From assembly GCA_965216605.1 (NCBI GenBank), contig CBDCGG010000002.1:1369245-1433244 (forward strand): 64,000 nucleotides of DNA, read 5' to 3'. A program made the position numbers and the translations under genes. How positions within the stretch are numbered: the first letter of the stretch is position 1; every line of letters begins with the position of its first letter. Source of the DNA: Alphaproteobacteria bacterium. GTDB lineage: Bacteria > Pseudomonadota > Alphaproteobacteria > JABAAW01. Of the stretch, positions 9,215 to 18,714 are shown piece after piece. The notes below the pieces were generated by a model. It was not told the DNA's origin. It did no database searches and saw nothing but the letters and a program-made list of their open reading frames with translations.

Positions 9215-9589
9215 TCATCCGAAGGCGACGCTTTCTCCGCATCCGCAGCGCGCCGTTGCTTTCGGGCTAGTAAAGACAAACCCGCTGGAGAGGTTTGTTT
9301 CTTTGTGATCGATTTCTGTTCCTAGCAGGAACATGGTTGCGACGGGGTCGATGTGCAGGTCTACTCCTTTAACATGTTGGCGGATATCGCTGCTTTGCGC
9401 TTTTGTTGCTGCTACATAGTTCAGATCAAAACTCATGCCGGCGCAGCCTCCTTTCTTCAGCGAGAGGCGGAGCGCGCAGATCTCTTCGCCGCGTCGGGTT
9501 GATTCTTCGGCAAGCATGGTGCGAAGACGTTCGAGCGCTCGATCGGTCACGACGACGATGGCTTCGCTGTTTGTGTCTTTCTGCTTCAT
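9215..9589 (-). CDS. sufA: A-type Fe-S carrier (SufA/IscA, HesB family)
   Basis: KGGCAG and CGCGES motifs; downstream of the suf genes. Confidence 0.85.
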   Translation of the reverse strand: MKQKDTNSEAIVVVTDRALERLRTMLAEESTRRGEEICALRLSLKKGGCAGMSFDLNYVAATKAQSSDIRQHVKGVDLHIDPVATMFLLGTEIDHKETNLSSGFVFTSPKATARCGCGESVAFG

Positions 9590-9688
9590 TTCTTATTAGT
9601 CTCTTCCTTGCTCTTCCTTGTCTCTTCCTCGTTTGCGCCTTCTTGTGTATTGTAGCATTCTTGTCAAGCTTTGGGGGAGGAAATTGTT

Positions 9689-10120
9689 ATGCAGTCGCTT
9701 TTGCAGCCTTTGGTCGATCAGTTCAACGCGCTGTTGCAGCCGATGTATGATGCCTTGGAGCAGATGCGTTTTTATATCGCTCTGATTCTGAATGCTATTG
9801 CGGCTTTGTGTTTTGCTCAGACTTTTGAGAATCGTGCGACGGCTATTTCGCGTTTTGTTTATTTGTTTGTGTTGTGGTTTTTGTTGCCCACAGCTCTTTC
9901 GCTTGTGGACTCTTTCTATCAGTTGCTCTGGTTTTCGAGCAGGGAGAATTTCACGGGGTGGCTTTGGCTTGTGAAGCTGATTGTTTTGTCGTTGTTTGCT
10001 TGTGCTTACCTTGCGGCTGCTTTTTTTGCGGTTCGCAAAAAACATGTCCTCGACTCTCTGCTTTTTCTTACGGCGGCGGGGCTGATGGTGCATCTGCTTT
10101 ATGGCTACTTCGCGGCATGA
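9689..10120 (+). CDS. Hypothetical integral membrane protein (~4 TM)
   Basis: GGAGG RBS at 9676-9680, ATG 9689, four hydrophobic stretches; no family recognised. Confidence 0.55.
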   Translation: MQSLLQPLVDQFNALLQPMYDALEQMRFYIALILNAIAALCFAQTFENRATAISRFVYLFVLWFLLPTALSLVDSFYQLLWFSSRENFTGWLWLVKLIVLSLFACAYLAAAFFAVRKKHVLDSLLFLTAAGLMVHLLYGYFAA

Positions 10121-10144
10121 CTGCGAACGGCAAGCCGTGCGATT

Positions 10145-10215
10145 TTGAATAAGAGGCTACGCGCGTACATGATGTTACTAGCGTGCGCATGTTTTGCGTC
10201 CGTCAATACTCAAAG
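10145..10215. repeat. GC-rich intergenic element, copy B
   Basis: AAGAGGCTACGCGC (10151-10164) is identical to 54386-54399; GCGTGCGCATGTTTTGC (10181-10197) is identical to 1956-1972. Confidence 0.65.
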
Positions 10216-10224
10216 CCAGTCAAA

Positions 10225-10644
10225 TTACATGCCCAGCGCGTAGCGCGCGTCCTCAGACATCATGTCTGGCGTCCAAGGTGGCTCCCAAGTCAGACTCACA
10301 CACACCCTTCCAACCCCTCCCAAACACGCCGCCGCATCCGCAATCTGCTGCGGCAACTCCCCCGCAACAGGACAAGCCGGTGCTGTGAGCGTCATCAGAA
10401 TATCCCAATCTCCACCCCTCCCCTCAACAGCCCTGATCTCGTAAATCAACCCCAAATCATAGATATTTACTGGAATCTCAGGGTCGAAAACCGTCGATAA
10501 CGCCGCCACAATCGCATCCATAGAAGCAAGCTCTACACCTTCTCCCAATTTCTTGTCCAATGTTTCTCCGCTAATAAACTCGCTGCCCTCAGGAACGCTG
10601 GGCTGCATAGAATCCATCGCGTAAGGATTCGTAAAGTGCGTCAT
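10225..10644 (-). CDS. sufT: SUF system Fe-S assembly protein (DUF59/SufT)
   Basis: VFDPEIPVNIYDLGLIY, MTLTAPACPVAG, WEPPWTPDMMSEDAR; start chosen at MTHF after the sufS stop. Confidence 0.9.
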   Translation of the reverse strand: MTHFTNPYAMDSMQPSVPEGSEFISGETLDKKLGEGVELASMDAIVAALSTVFDPEIPVNIYDLGLIYEIRAVEGRGGDWDILMTLTAPACPVAGELPQQIADAAACLGGVGRVCVSLTWEPPWTPDMMSEDARYALGM

Positions 10645-10669
10645 CGCATCTGCTCCATCAAGAAAGCCA

Positions 10670-11992
10670 TCAAGCAAGCATAGAGCGTGCCTTCGCCAAA
10701 GCCTCGATGAAAGCCTCGCACTCCTGCTCGCTGTTGTAAAGAGAGAGCGACACACGCAAACAACCCTCAAGCCCATAGTGTCGTACAAGAGGCTCCGCGC
10801 AGTGAAAACCCGCTCGGCAACAAAAACCCTGCTTGTCCAAAAGTGCGGCGAGATCAAAAGCATTCAGCTTGTCGAGCGCAAAAGAAAAAATAGGCGCGCG
10901 CTCCCTCGCCGTGCCGAGCAAGGTCAGTCCCTCGATCGCTTGCAAGCGTTTTTGCATGAACTCGCCGAGTCGACTCTCGTAAGCCGCAATAGCCTCAATA
11001 CCAATACCTTTGTCGATGCTTTGGACGAACTTTAACGCCGCGCCCAGCCCAACGGCTTGGGCGATCGGCGGCGTTCCCGCCTCGAACTTCCACGGCAATC
11101 GGTTCCAACTCGCCTCCTGATAAGAAACCCGCTCCACCATTTCTCCGCCGTACTGCCACGGCGGCATCGCCTCCAGCAATTTCTCCTTGCCATACAGCAC
11201 GCCGATCCCCGAAGGAGCAAAAACCTTGTGTCCCGTGAAAACATAGAAGTCCGCATCCAACGCTCGCACATCGACAGGTTCGTGCGGCACAGCTTGGCTA
11301 CCGTCTACCAATACCAAAGTATCGTGCCGATGCGCGATGGCGATGAGCTCGGCTACAGGGTTCTTCGTCCCCAACACATTCGAGATATGCGCTAGCGCAA
11401 CGAGTGCTATATCGTTCGTCTGTAAAATATGCTTGTAAGCCTCCAAGTCTATCTCGCCCGCCTCCGTGATCGGCATCACCAAGAGTTTTGTATCGCAGCG
11501 TGTAGCAAGCCGCTGCCACGGCACAAGGTTCGAGTGGTGTTCCATCATCGTTACAGCCAGCGCAGCCTTTCGCTTGAAATCTCGCGCTAATATGTCGCCC
11601 CAGCTGTTGACGACTAGGTTGATCGCCTCGGTGGCGTTGCGCGTAAAGACGATCTCATGCACCTCCCTCGCCCCCAAATGCTGTCGCACAGCCTCGCGCG
11701 CGCCCTCGTAGCGTTCGGTCGCGCGTTCCGCAAGCGCATGCGCGCTACGGTGAACATTGGCGTAGTCGGTTGCGTAAAACTCGGCGAGCGTGTCGATCAC
11801 CTCGCGTGGCTTCAGCGCGCTCGCCGCACTATCGAAATAAACGAGCGCATTCCCTTGCTCATTTTTCTGCTTCAAGGCAGGAAATACCTCGCGCATTGAT
11901 GCCAGAGGAAAATCTTCCGCTCTATATCCCTCTTGCTTGTCCTTTTGCGTTGAGGGTTTAAGGTTCTGCTCGGCTATTGCGATGTTGCTCAT
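10670..11992 (-). CDS. sufS: Cysteine desulfurase SufS
   Basis: VYFDSAAS, EHHSN, FTGHKVFAPSGIG (PLP Lys), EAGTP, RAGFHCA. Confidence 0.95.
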   Translation of the reverse strand: MSNIAIAEQNLKPSTQKDKQEGYRAEDFPLASMREVFPALKQKNEQGNALVYFDSAASALKPREVIDTLAEFYATDYANVHRSAHALAERATERYEGAREAVRQHLGAREVHEIVFTRNATEAINLVVNSWGDILARDFKRKAALAVTMMEHHSNLVPWQRLATRCDTKLLVMPITEAGEIDLEAYKHILQTNDIALVALAHISNVLGTKNPVAELIAIAHRHDTLVLVDGSQAVPHEPVDVRALDADFYVFTGHKVFAPSGIGVLYGKEKLLEAMPPWQYGGEMVERVSYQEASWNRLPWKFEAGTPPIAQAVGLGAALKFVQSIDKGIGIEAIAAYESRLGEFMQKRLQAIEGLTLLGTARERAPIFSFALDKLNAFDLAALLDKQGFCCRAGFHCAEPLVRHYGLEGCLRVSLSLYNSEQECEAFIEALAKARSMLA

Positions 11993-12004
11993 GCTCGTCT
12001 GTGC

Positions 12005-13277
12005 CTATTTGGATTGCATGTGCGATTGCAATGCCTCGGCACAGGTTTTCTGTTGGCAGGACAAGGCTTCCGTCAAAAAGGCTTCGAGCAAGAGAGCCTC
12101 TGCCTGCGCACGAGCAACCCCGCGCGAGCGCAGGTAGAACATCTGTTCCTCGTCGAGCGCGCCGATGGTAGCACCGTGGCTGCATTTCACATCGTCGGCG
12201 TAAATCTCCAGTTCGGGCTTGTGATAGGCTTGCGCCCGCTCGGAGAGTAGCAACGCGCGGCTCATCTGATAGCCTTGCGTCTCTTGCGCTTCTTGGGCGA
12301 CGAATATCTTTCCGTGAAAAACGCCGCGTCCCTCGTCCTCCAGCACCCCCTTGTAGAGCGCATCCGATGTACAGCGCGCTCGGTTGTGAAAAATCTCCGT
12401 GTCGTTGTCGATATGCCCCTTGCCCTGCGCGCGATAGGCACCGTGCAACTTGCACGAGGCTTCGACCCCCTCCAAGGCGACGCTCACCTCTTGGCGCGTC
12501 AAACCCTCGCCGCGCAAGGCGGAGATGTGGGCGTAAGAAGATTTTTCTGCGACCCGCACAATCGTGCGCGAAAAGCCGCAACTGCCCTCCACTTGGCTTT
12601 GCAAGACGACATGCTCGCAATGCGCTCCTTCCCCCACCTCAAGCTCGATGAGGTCGTTGTTCCAACAAGGCACGCAGTGCTCGTTGCTTTGCACAAGCCT
12701 CGTCGAGCCCGACACAGCCTCGATCCGTAAGCGCGTTTGCAACAAAGCAAGGGAAGGTAGAGGCGAGGGTAGAGGCGAGGGGAGAGAGGGGGAGAGAGTC
12801 GTCGGGTTTGCTCGCGAGGAAGAGCACATGCAAGAAAGGCGTGTCTTCGTCCAACACGACGCGCCACGCCTCGCAACGCGACCCCACATTGAGCGCAGCC
12901 AAGGGTTGGTCGGCAGTAACGCGCGGCAAACCCGCGTAAGGCGTGATATTAGGCGCGCGAGCATGGTCTTGCAATCGACCATCTACGAACAGCAACAAGC
13001 TAGCCTCAGGAAAGCGTTCGATCTCGTCTTGTTTGTCCGCGATGGTATTTGCAACTTTCCCAGCTTTTAATTTTTCCGCTTGCCCCTCGTGCGGCAGGTG
13101 CAAGCGTGTTCCCGCCATTTTTCCCAGCGGTGTGTACTTCCAACGCTCTGCCGCAGGCGAGCCGCGTTGCGGCAATCCGTGTCGTAAAAAGACCTCGCGC
13201 GCCTCCCCCTTGTCGCGCAACAGCCCCGCAGGCAGTTCAGGCAGTAGGACGGCGGGTGCGGAGGAAGGGGAGGACAT
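12005..13277 (-). CDS. sufD: Fe-S assembly protein SufD, split by a 1-nt frameshift at the G5 run 12788-12792
   Basis: The N part has ERWKYT; the C part has GVFHGKI, KPELEIYADDVKCSHGATIG and FYLRSRG; located between sufC and sufS. Confidence 0.88.
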
Positions 13278-13299
13278 TGCCTATTTTTTAGCCTATTTT

Positions 13300-14106
13300 T
13301 TAAGCTTGCGCCGACACTTCTGTCTCGCTGTGCGTCTCGTTGTGTTTGTCTAGCAGGGGTGCGTAGCCCTCGGCTTCGAGCTCGGCACACAGCGTCTTGT
13401 CGCCCGTGCGCACGATGCGCCCGTCCAGCAAGACATGGACACGGTCGGGTTCGATATATTCTAGCAATCGTTGGTAGTGGGTGATGATCAGAAAACTGCG
13501 TTTGCTATCGCGCATGCTGCTCAAGCCCTCGGCGACGCTGCGCATGGCATCGATATCAAGCCCCGAATCGGTTTCATCAAGGATGGCGAGTTTCGGTTTC
13601 AGGGCGGCGAGTTGCAGCATCTCGTTGCGTTTCTTCTCGCCGCCGGAAAATCCTTCGTTGACGCCGCGTTTCAACATACCCTCTTCGATGCCGAGCTCGC
13701 GTGCAAGCGCGCGTACACGCTTCACTTGGGCGATGCGGTCTTCTGCCTCCTCCACGCCACGCGCGCGTGCCTGTGCGTCCAGTGCCTCGCTGAGGAATCG
13801 CATGCCTTGCACGCCCGGCAGGGCTACGGGATACTGAAAGGCGAGAAAAAGCCCTTTGTGCGCACGCTCTTCGGGCTCTAGCGCGAGCAAGTCCTCGCCA
13901 TCGAACAGGACGCGCCCTTCGACCTCGAAGCCCTCTCTGCCAGCGAGAATGCTGGCGAGCGTGCTTTTGCCGGAGCCGTTCGGTCCCATCACGGCATGCA
14001 CCTCGCCGTGCGGGATCTCCATCGAGACACCGCGCAGGATATCTTTTTTCGCACCCCCTTCTTCGAGGCGCACGCGCAGATTGTCAATAGAGAGAAGGGA
14101 GGACAT
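13300..14106 (-). CDS. sufC: Fe-S assembly ATPase SufC
   Basis: GPNGSGKST, LAFQYP, NEGFSGGEKKRNE, ILDETDSGLDIDA, ITHYQRLL. Confidence 0.97.
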   Translation of the reverse strand: MSSLLSIDNLRVRLEEGGAKKDILRGVSMEIPHGEVHAVMGPNGSGKSTLASILAGREGFEVEGRVLFDGEDLLALEPEERAHKGLFLAFQYPVALPGVQGMRFLSEALDAQARARGVEEAEDRIAQVKRVRALARELGIEEGMLKRGVNEGFSGGEKKRNEMLQLAALKPKLAILDETDSGLDIDAMRSVAEGLSSMRDSKRSFLIITHYQRLLEYIEPDRVHVLLDGRIVRTGDKTLCAELEAEGYAPLLDKHNETHSETEVSAQA

Positions 14107-14187
14107 TTATCAGGCTTTTATCAGGTTTTGAAAGAGTGCGTGCAAAAAAATGTTTGCAAAAAATGCTTTTGCAAGTAGTAGCTTGAA

Positions 14188-14237
14188 AACAAAAGACTAC
14201 AACAAAAGACTACAACAAAAGACTACAATAAAAGACT
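14188..14237. repeat. Tandem repeat, ~3.8 x 13 bp (AACAAAAGACTAC), in the divergent sufC/ftsB intergenic region
   Basis: Read directly from the sequence. Confidence 0.9.
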
Positions 14238-14271
14238 TGCGCTTTTTTGTCAAGCGTGGTTTAAGTAAGGT

Positions 14272-14607
14272 ATGGCGAAAGGTTTTCGACTGCTCGCGGG
14301 CTTTCCCTTGTTTTCCTTGAAGAACTGGGGAGTGATGTTGTTATTCGTCTATTGCCTTGCGATGGGCTATCGTCTTTTTTACGGCGAGAATCGTCTTTCG
14401 GAGCTTTCGCGCCTAGAGTTGCAGCAGTCGCGTTTGGAGAGCCTTGTCGCGGGGTTGCGTTTCGAGCGCGCTGCGTTGGAAGAAAACATCGAGCGTTTGC
14501 AAGAAGACAACCTCGATCGTGAATCATTAGAGATGCTTTTGCGCTCCAAACTGAAGATGGCGCGCGAAGACGAAGCGGTGTTGATCCTGCCCGAAGCCCA
14601 AAATTGA
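14272..14607 (+). CDS. ftsB: Septum formation initiator (FtsB/DivIC family)
   Basis: TM helix, coiled coil, L..LLRSKLKMAREDE tail; typical alphaproteobacterial position before pdhA. Confidence 0.75.
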   Translation: MAKGFRLLAGFPLFSLKNWGVMLLFVYCLAMGYRLFYGENRLSELSRLELQQSRLESLVAGLRFERAALEENIERLQEDNLDRESLEMLLRSKLKMAREDEAVLILPEAQN

Positions 14608-14613
14608 ACTTCG

Positions 14614-15654
14614 ATGACAAACAAGCCCCAAAACAAAACTCAACCCAAAACTTTGTCTGCTAAGCAAGGAGCAGTTAAAAAGGCAATCTCGGCAGAAGAG
14701 GCGCTCGGACTTTTTCAGAAGATGTTGCAGATACGACGCTTTGAAGAGCGCGCAGGGCAGATCTACGGCATGGGAGAGATCGGAGGTTTCTGCCATCTCT
14801 ATGTCGGACAGGAAGCCGTCGTCGTCGGCGTGAAAAGCGCGCTGGCAGAAGGCGACAGCATGATCACAGGCTACCGCGAGCATGGTCACATGCTCGCCTG
14901 CGATATCGAACCCGAGCGCGTCATGGCAGAACTGACCGGCAGGGCAGCAGGTACAAGCGCAGGCAAGGGGGGGTCGATGCATCTGTTTGCTCCTGAAAAA
15001 GGATTCTTTGGCGGACACGGTATCGTCGGCGCACAAGTATCGCTGGGAACGGGCATCGCGCTCCGCCACCACTACGATGGCACAGGCGGCGTTTGCGCCA
15101 CCTTCTTCGGCGACGGTGCCGCCAACCAAGGACAAGTCTACGAGTCCTTTAACATGGCGGCGCTGTGGCATCTGCCCGTGCTCTATGTTATCGAGAACAA
15201 TCGCTACGGCATGGGTACCAGCGTCCAACGCGCCGCCGCGGGCACGACCAAAGACGGACATCGCCTCTTCGCACGAGGAAACGCTTACGGAATCCCCGGC
15301 GAAGAGGTCGACGGCATGGATGTGCTTGCCGTGCGCGAAGCCGTGGCAAGGGTTCTGCCGCATTGTCGTGAAAAAGGTCCCTACATACTAGAGGTGGAAA
15401 CCTATCGCTATCGAGGGCATTCCATGTCCGATCCCGCCAAGTATCGAAGCAAAGAAGAAGTTCAAGGCATGCGCGAGCAGCACGATGCCATCGAAAACAT
15501 GCGAAAACACTTGCTGGCGAAAGGATGGGCAAACGAGCCGCAACTCAAGGAGATCGACAAACAGGTGCGCGAGCAAATGAAAAAAGCCGCCGATTTTGCC
15601 GTCAAAACTCCCTTGCCCGCCGAAGAAGAACTGACAACCGATATCTACGCCTGA
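14614..15654 (+). CDS. pdhA: Pyruvate dehydrogenase E1 alpha
   Basis: [28 protein letters not shown] (TPP motif), [11 protein letters not shown]. Confidence 0.97.
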   Translation: MTNKPQNKTQPKTLSAKQGAVKKAISAEEALGLFQKMLQIRRFEERAGQIYGMGEIGGFCHLYVGQEAVVVGVKSALAEGDSMITGYREHGHMLACDIEPERVMAELTGRAAGTSAGKGGSMHLFAPEKGFFGGHGIVGAQVSLGTGIALRHHYDGTGGVCATFFGDGAANQGQVYESFNMAALWHLPVLYVIENNRYGMGTSVQRAAAGTTKDGHRLFARGNAYGIPGEEVDGMDVLAVREAVARVLPHCREKGPYILEVETYRYRGHSMSDPAKYRSKEEVQGMREQHDAIENMRKHLLAKGWANEPQLKEIDKQVREQMKKAADFAVKTPLPAEEELTTDIYA

Positions 15655-15685
15655 CGCGACAAGACAAAAGAGACAAGATAAGACG

Positions 15686-17149
15686 ATGCATACCCCCGTG
15701 CTGATGCCAGCCCTCTCCCCCACCATGACGGAAGGGGTGCTCGCGCGCTGGTGCGTCAAGGAGGGCGACAGCGTCGAGTCAGGAACAGTGCTCGCCGAGG
15801 TGGAAACCGACAAGGCGGTCATGGAGATAGAATCTATCGAAGAGGGAAAGGTCGAAAAACTGCTGGTCGCAGAAGGAACAAAAAATATCAAAGTCAATAC
15901 GCCCATCGCCCTCATCGCAGGCGACGACAGCGAGCCTATCTCCGCTCAGACACCTAGCCCAGAAATAACAGCAGAGGCAACAGCAGGGATAACGGCAAAG
16001 ATAGCGGAAGAGACGACAGCAGAGAAAGCAGGCGCAAAACAAGAAGCAAAGCCAGAGCCCAAACCAGAGCTAAAGCCTTCGCCGCAAGCCGAAGAAACCG
16101 CAACGCCAGCTGTGACTACAAGCGTTCGTCCAAACGAGCAACAAGGTGTGCAACTAGGGAATCAACTAGGGAAGCAAATGAGCGTGCGAGAAGCCCTGCG
16201 CGACGCGATGGCAGAAGAGATGCGCCGCGACGAGCGTGTTTTTCTCATAGGCGAAGAGGTGGGACAATATCAGGGTGCCTACAAAGTCAGCCAAGGGCTG
16301 CTGGAAGAGTTCGGCGCGAAGCGCGTGCTCGACACGCCGATCAGCGAAATGGGCTTTTGCGGCATCGGCGTAGGAGCAGCCCTTGCAGGCTTGCGTCCGA
16401 TCGTCGAGTTCATGACCTTCAACTTTGCGATGCAAGCGATCGATCACATCGTCAACTCTGCCGCTAAAACTCGCTATATGTCGGGGGGAAGTTTGCATTG
16501 TCCGATCGTCTTTCGTGGTCCCAACGGCGCCGCCTCGCGCGTCGCCGCCCAACATTCGCAGTGCTACGCAAGCTGGTACGCGCACTGCCCAGGCTTGAAG
16601 GTGGTCGCTCCCTATTCGGCGCGCGATGCCAAGGGGCTGCTGAAGGCGGCTATCCGCGACGAAAATCCCGTCGTCTTCTTGGAAAACGAAATGCTCTACG
16701 GGCAAGAATTTCCCGTCCTCGACACGGAAGAGCTGATACCGCTCGGCAAAGCCGCCCTGTTGCGCGAGGGCTCTGATCTCACCCTCGTATCCTTTTCACG
16801 CTTGACGGGCGCTTGTCTCGCGGCGGCAGAGCAACTCCAAGCGCAAGGAATCGCCTGCGAGGTTATCGACTTGCGCTCCTTGCGACCGCTCGATACCGAG
16901 TGCCTGTTGCAATCCCTGAAGAAAACTAATCGCATGCTCGTAGTCGAGGAAGGTTGGGGCTTCGCCGGTATCGCTAGCGAGATCGCCGCATCTTTGAGTG
17001 AAATGGCGTTCGATTGGCTCGATGCCCCGATCGCACGCCTGTCGGGCGAAGATATTCCCATGCCTTATGCCGCCAACCTCGAAGCCCTCGCGCTGCCATC
17101 GGTCGAGAAAATCTGCCGCCGCGCGCTGGAACTCTGCAACAAAGCATGA
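15686..17149 (+). CDS. pdhB: Pyruvate dehydrogenase E1 beta with N-terminal lipoyl domain
   Basis: [11 protein letters not shown]...ETDKA lipoyl domain, Ala/Glu/Pro linker, [19 protein letters not shown]. Confidence 0.97.
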   Translation: MHTPVLMPALSPTMTEGVLARWCVKEGDSVESGTVLAEVETDKAVMEIESIEEGKVEKLLVAEGTKNIKVNTPIALIAGDDSEPISAQTPSPEITAEATAGITAKIAEETTAEKAGAKQEAKPEPKPELKPSPQAEETATPAVTTSVRPNEQQGVQLGNQLGKQMSVREALRDAMAEEMRRDERVFLIGEEVGQYQGAYKVSQGLLEEFGAKRVLDTPISEMGFCGIGVGAALAGLRPIVEFMTFNFAMQAIDHIVNSAAKTRYMSGGSLHCPIVFRGPNGAASRVAAQHSQCYASWYAHCPGLKVVAPYSARDAKGLLKAAIRDENPVVFLENEMLYGQEFPVLDTEELIPLGKAALLREGSDLTLVSFSRLTGACLAAAEQLQAQGIACEVIDLRSLRPLDTECLLQSLKKTNRMLVVEEGWGFAGIASEIAASLSEMAFDWLDAPIARLSGEDIPMPYAANLEALALPSVEKICRRALELCNKA

Positions 17150-18318
17150 CCGCCTCAACGCCTTGTTCCTCACCGCGCGAAACTCCGCGCCGCTCACCGC
17201 GCGCCACTCCTTTGGCGCGTAGGCTCGCGCAAAGCCAAGGAAGCACTCAAGGTGTCACTATCGAGACGCTCTTCTCGTCAAACAAAGTTCAAGGCAAAAT
17301 AAAAGCGGCAGATGTCCTCGATGCGCTGGAGGCTCGACAAGGCACAAGCGAACAAGGCACAAGCGGACAAGAAAAAAACGAAACCAGACTCTTCGCCTCC
17401 CCGCGCGCGCGCGTCCGCGCCGCCGAGGCAAGCATCGATCTCGCGCCGTTGCAAGGCAGAGGTAGCGGGCCGCGGGGTCGTATCATCCAACAAGATGTCG
17501 AACAAGCAGCGAGACAAGGTTTATCGCAAGGTTTATCGCCATTTTCCTCACCACTTTCTGTCGAAACCCCCTTCGAGTTGCGCCCTCATACGAGAATGCG
17601 CGAGGTGATCGCAGAAAGGTTGACGCTTTCCAAGCAGACGATTCCGCATTTCACGCTGACAATCGCGTGTCGTATAGACGCGCTGCTCTCGCTGCGCGAG
17701 CAGATCAACCGTCGCTTGCAGGAGCTGCATCGTCTTGAAGGTGCTGCCTCTGAGAAACCCTTTAAGGTCTCGCTCAACGATCTGCTGGTGAAAGGGTTGG
17801 CACTCTCCTTGGAGATGTGCTCACAAGACGATGTCGCCGTCAATGTGGCTTGGACAGACGAGGGGCTGAAGCATTTCCAACGTGTCGATGTGGCGGTCGC
17901 CGTCGCCATTCCCGGCGGGCTCATAACCCCCATCGTCCGAGACGCCGCGAACAAACCCCTGCTTGTGCTGGCGCGCGAGTTGCACGCGCTGATCGCGTCC
18001 GCGCGGCTCGGCAAGCTGCAACCCGAAGATTATACGGGCGGTAGCGTCTCGATATCGAACTTGGGCATGTTCGGCATCCAAGCCTTTCAGGCGATCATCA
18101 ATCCGCCGCAGGCTGCCATCCTCGCCGTCGGGGCAGCCGAAAAAGTGCTGACAAAAAACTCTTCGTGTGAGATCGTCGAGGAAACGCGAATCTCGGCAAC
18201 CCTCTCCGCAGACCACCGCGCGATCGACGGTGCGGCGGCAGCACAGCTTTGCGAGCGTTTCAAGCAGGTCATAGAACAGCCCGTTGGGCTGATTCTCGAT
18301 CACTTAAATGTGATGTAA
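17146..18318 (+). CDS. pdhC: Dihydrolipoamide acetyltransferase E2 with no lipoyl domain and two subunit-binding-like domains
   Basis: ATG overlaps the pdhB stop (ATGA). ATPLARRLA and [16 protein letters not shown] motifs; catalytic domain [22 protein letters not shown]. Confidence 0.9.
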   Translation: MTASTPCSSPRETPRRSPRATPLARRLAQSQGSTQGVTIETLFSSNKVQGKIKAADVLDALEARQGTSEQGTSGQEKNETRLFASPRARVRAAEASIDLAPLQGRGSGPRGRIIQQDVEQAARQGLSQGLSPFSSPLSVETPFELRPHTRMREVIAERLTLSKQTIPHFTLTIACRIDALLSLREQINRRLQELHRLEGAASEKPFKVSLNDLLVKGLALSLEMCSQDDVAVNVAWTDEGLKHFQRVDVAVAVAIPGGLITPIVRDAANKPLLVLARELHALIASARLGKLQPEDYTGGSVSISNLGMFGIQAFQAIINPPQAAILAVGAAEKVLTKNSSCEIVEETRISATLSADHRAIDGAAAAQLCERFKQVIEQPVGLILDHLNVM

Positions 18319-18346
18319 AAAAATAAAAAAAAATGAAAAAAAAGAG

Positions 18347-18376
18347 TTGACAAGGGTGCGCACAAAGGCGTAAGGT
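18347..18376 (+). promoter_or_regulatory. Putative sigma70 promoter of the giant RTX gene, with upstream A-tracts
   Basis: TTGACA (18347-18352), 18-bp spacer, TAAGGT (18371-18376); A-rich UP-like tract at 18317-18343. Confidence 0.6.
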
Positions 18377-18714
18377 GTTTCATATCTCGGCAAGAAAGCG
18401 TGGACAACAGCGCGAGAGAGATATAGAGCGGAGGATGTGGAACATATCAGCGTCAAAACTGAGGTCTGGTTTGTTCGTTTGCATGCTCTGTTCGCACTCT
18501 TTGAGGGACTTTCCGTGAGACGACAAGTCCCGCGGAGGTGGAAATAGGGCAGGAAGAAATGACAAGGAAAGTGATATTGTCGAAAATGACATTGTCGCGC
18601 TCCTTGTTTCCTAAGCTGGAGCAGAACAGCTCCATGTCTTCTCTTTACACCACCCGAGGCAACGTTCGCGGGAAGTAAGGCAGGGGGCAACAGAGTGTCA
18701 AAGGAGGATCAGCC

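Noticed and set aside
9596-10093. 165-aa Lys/Gln-rich minus-strand ORF in line with the suf genes
   Set aside because: It is the antisense of a T-rich membrane-protein ORF that has a clear RBS on the + strand.
14188-14237. Short direct-repeat array as a possible CRISPR
   Set aside because: 13-bp head-to-tail units with no spacers and no cas genes.
17014-17145. Longer ORF-track start for pdhC that might hide a lipoyl domain
   Set aside because: It overlaps pdhB out of frame and has no lipoyl motif; the ATGA-coupled start at 17146 fits better.
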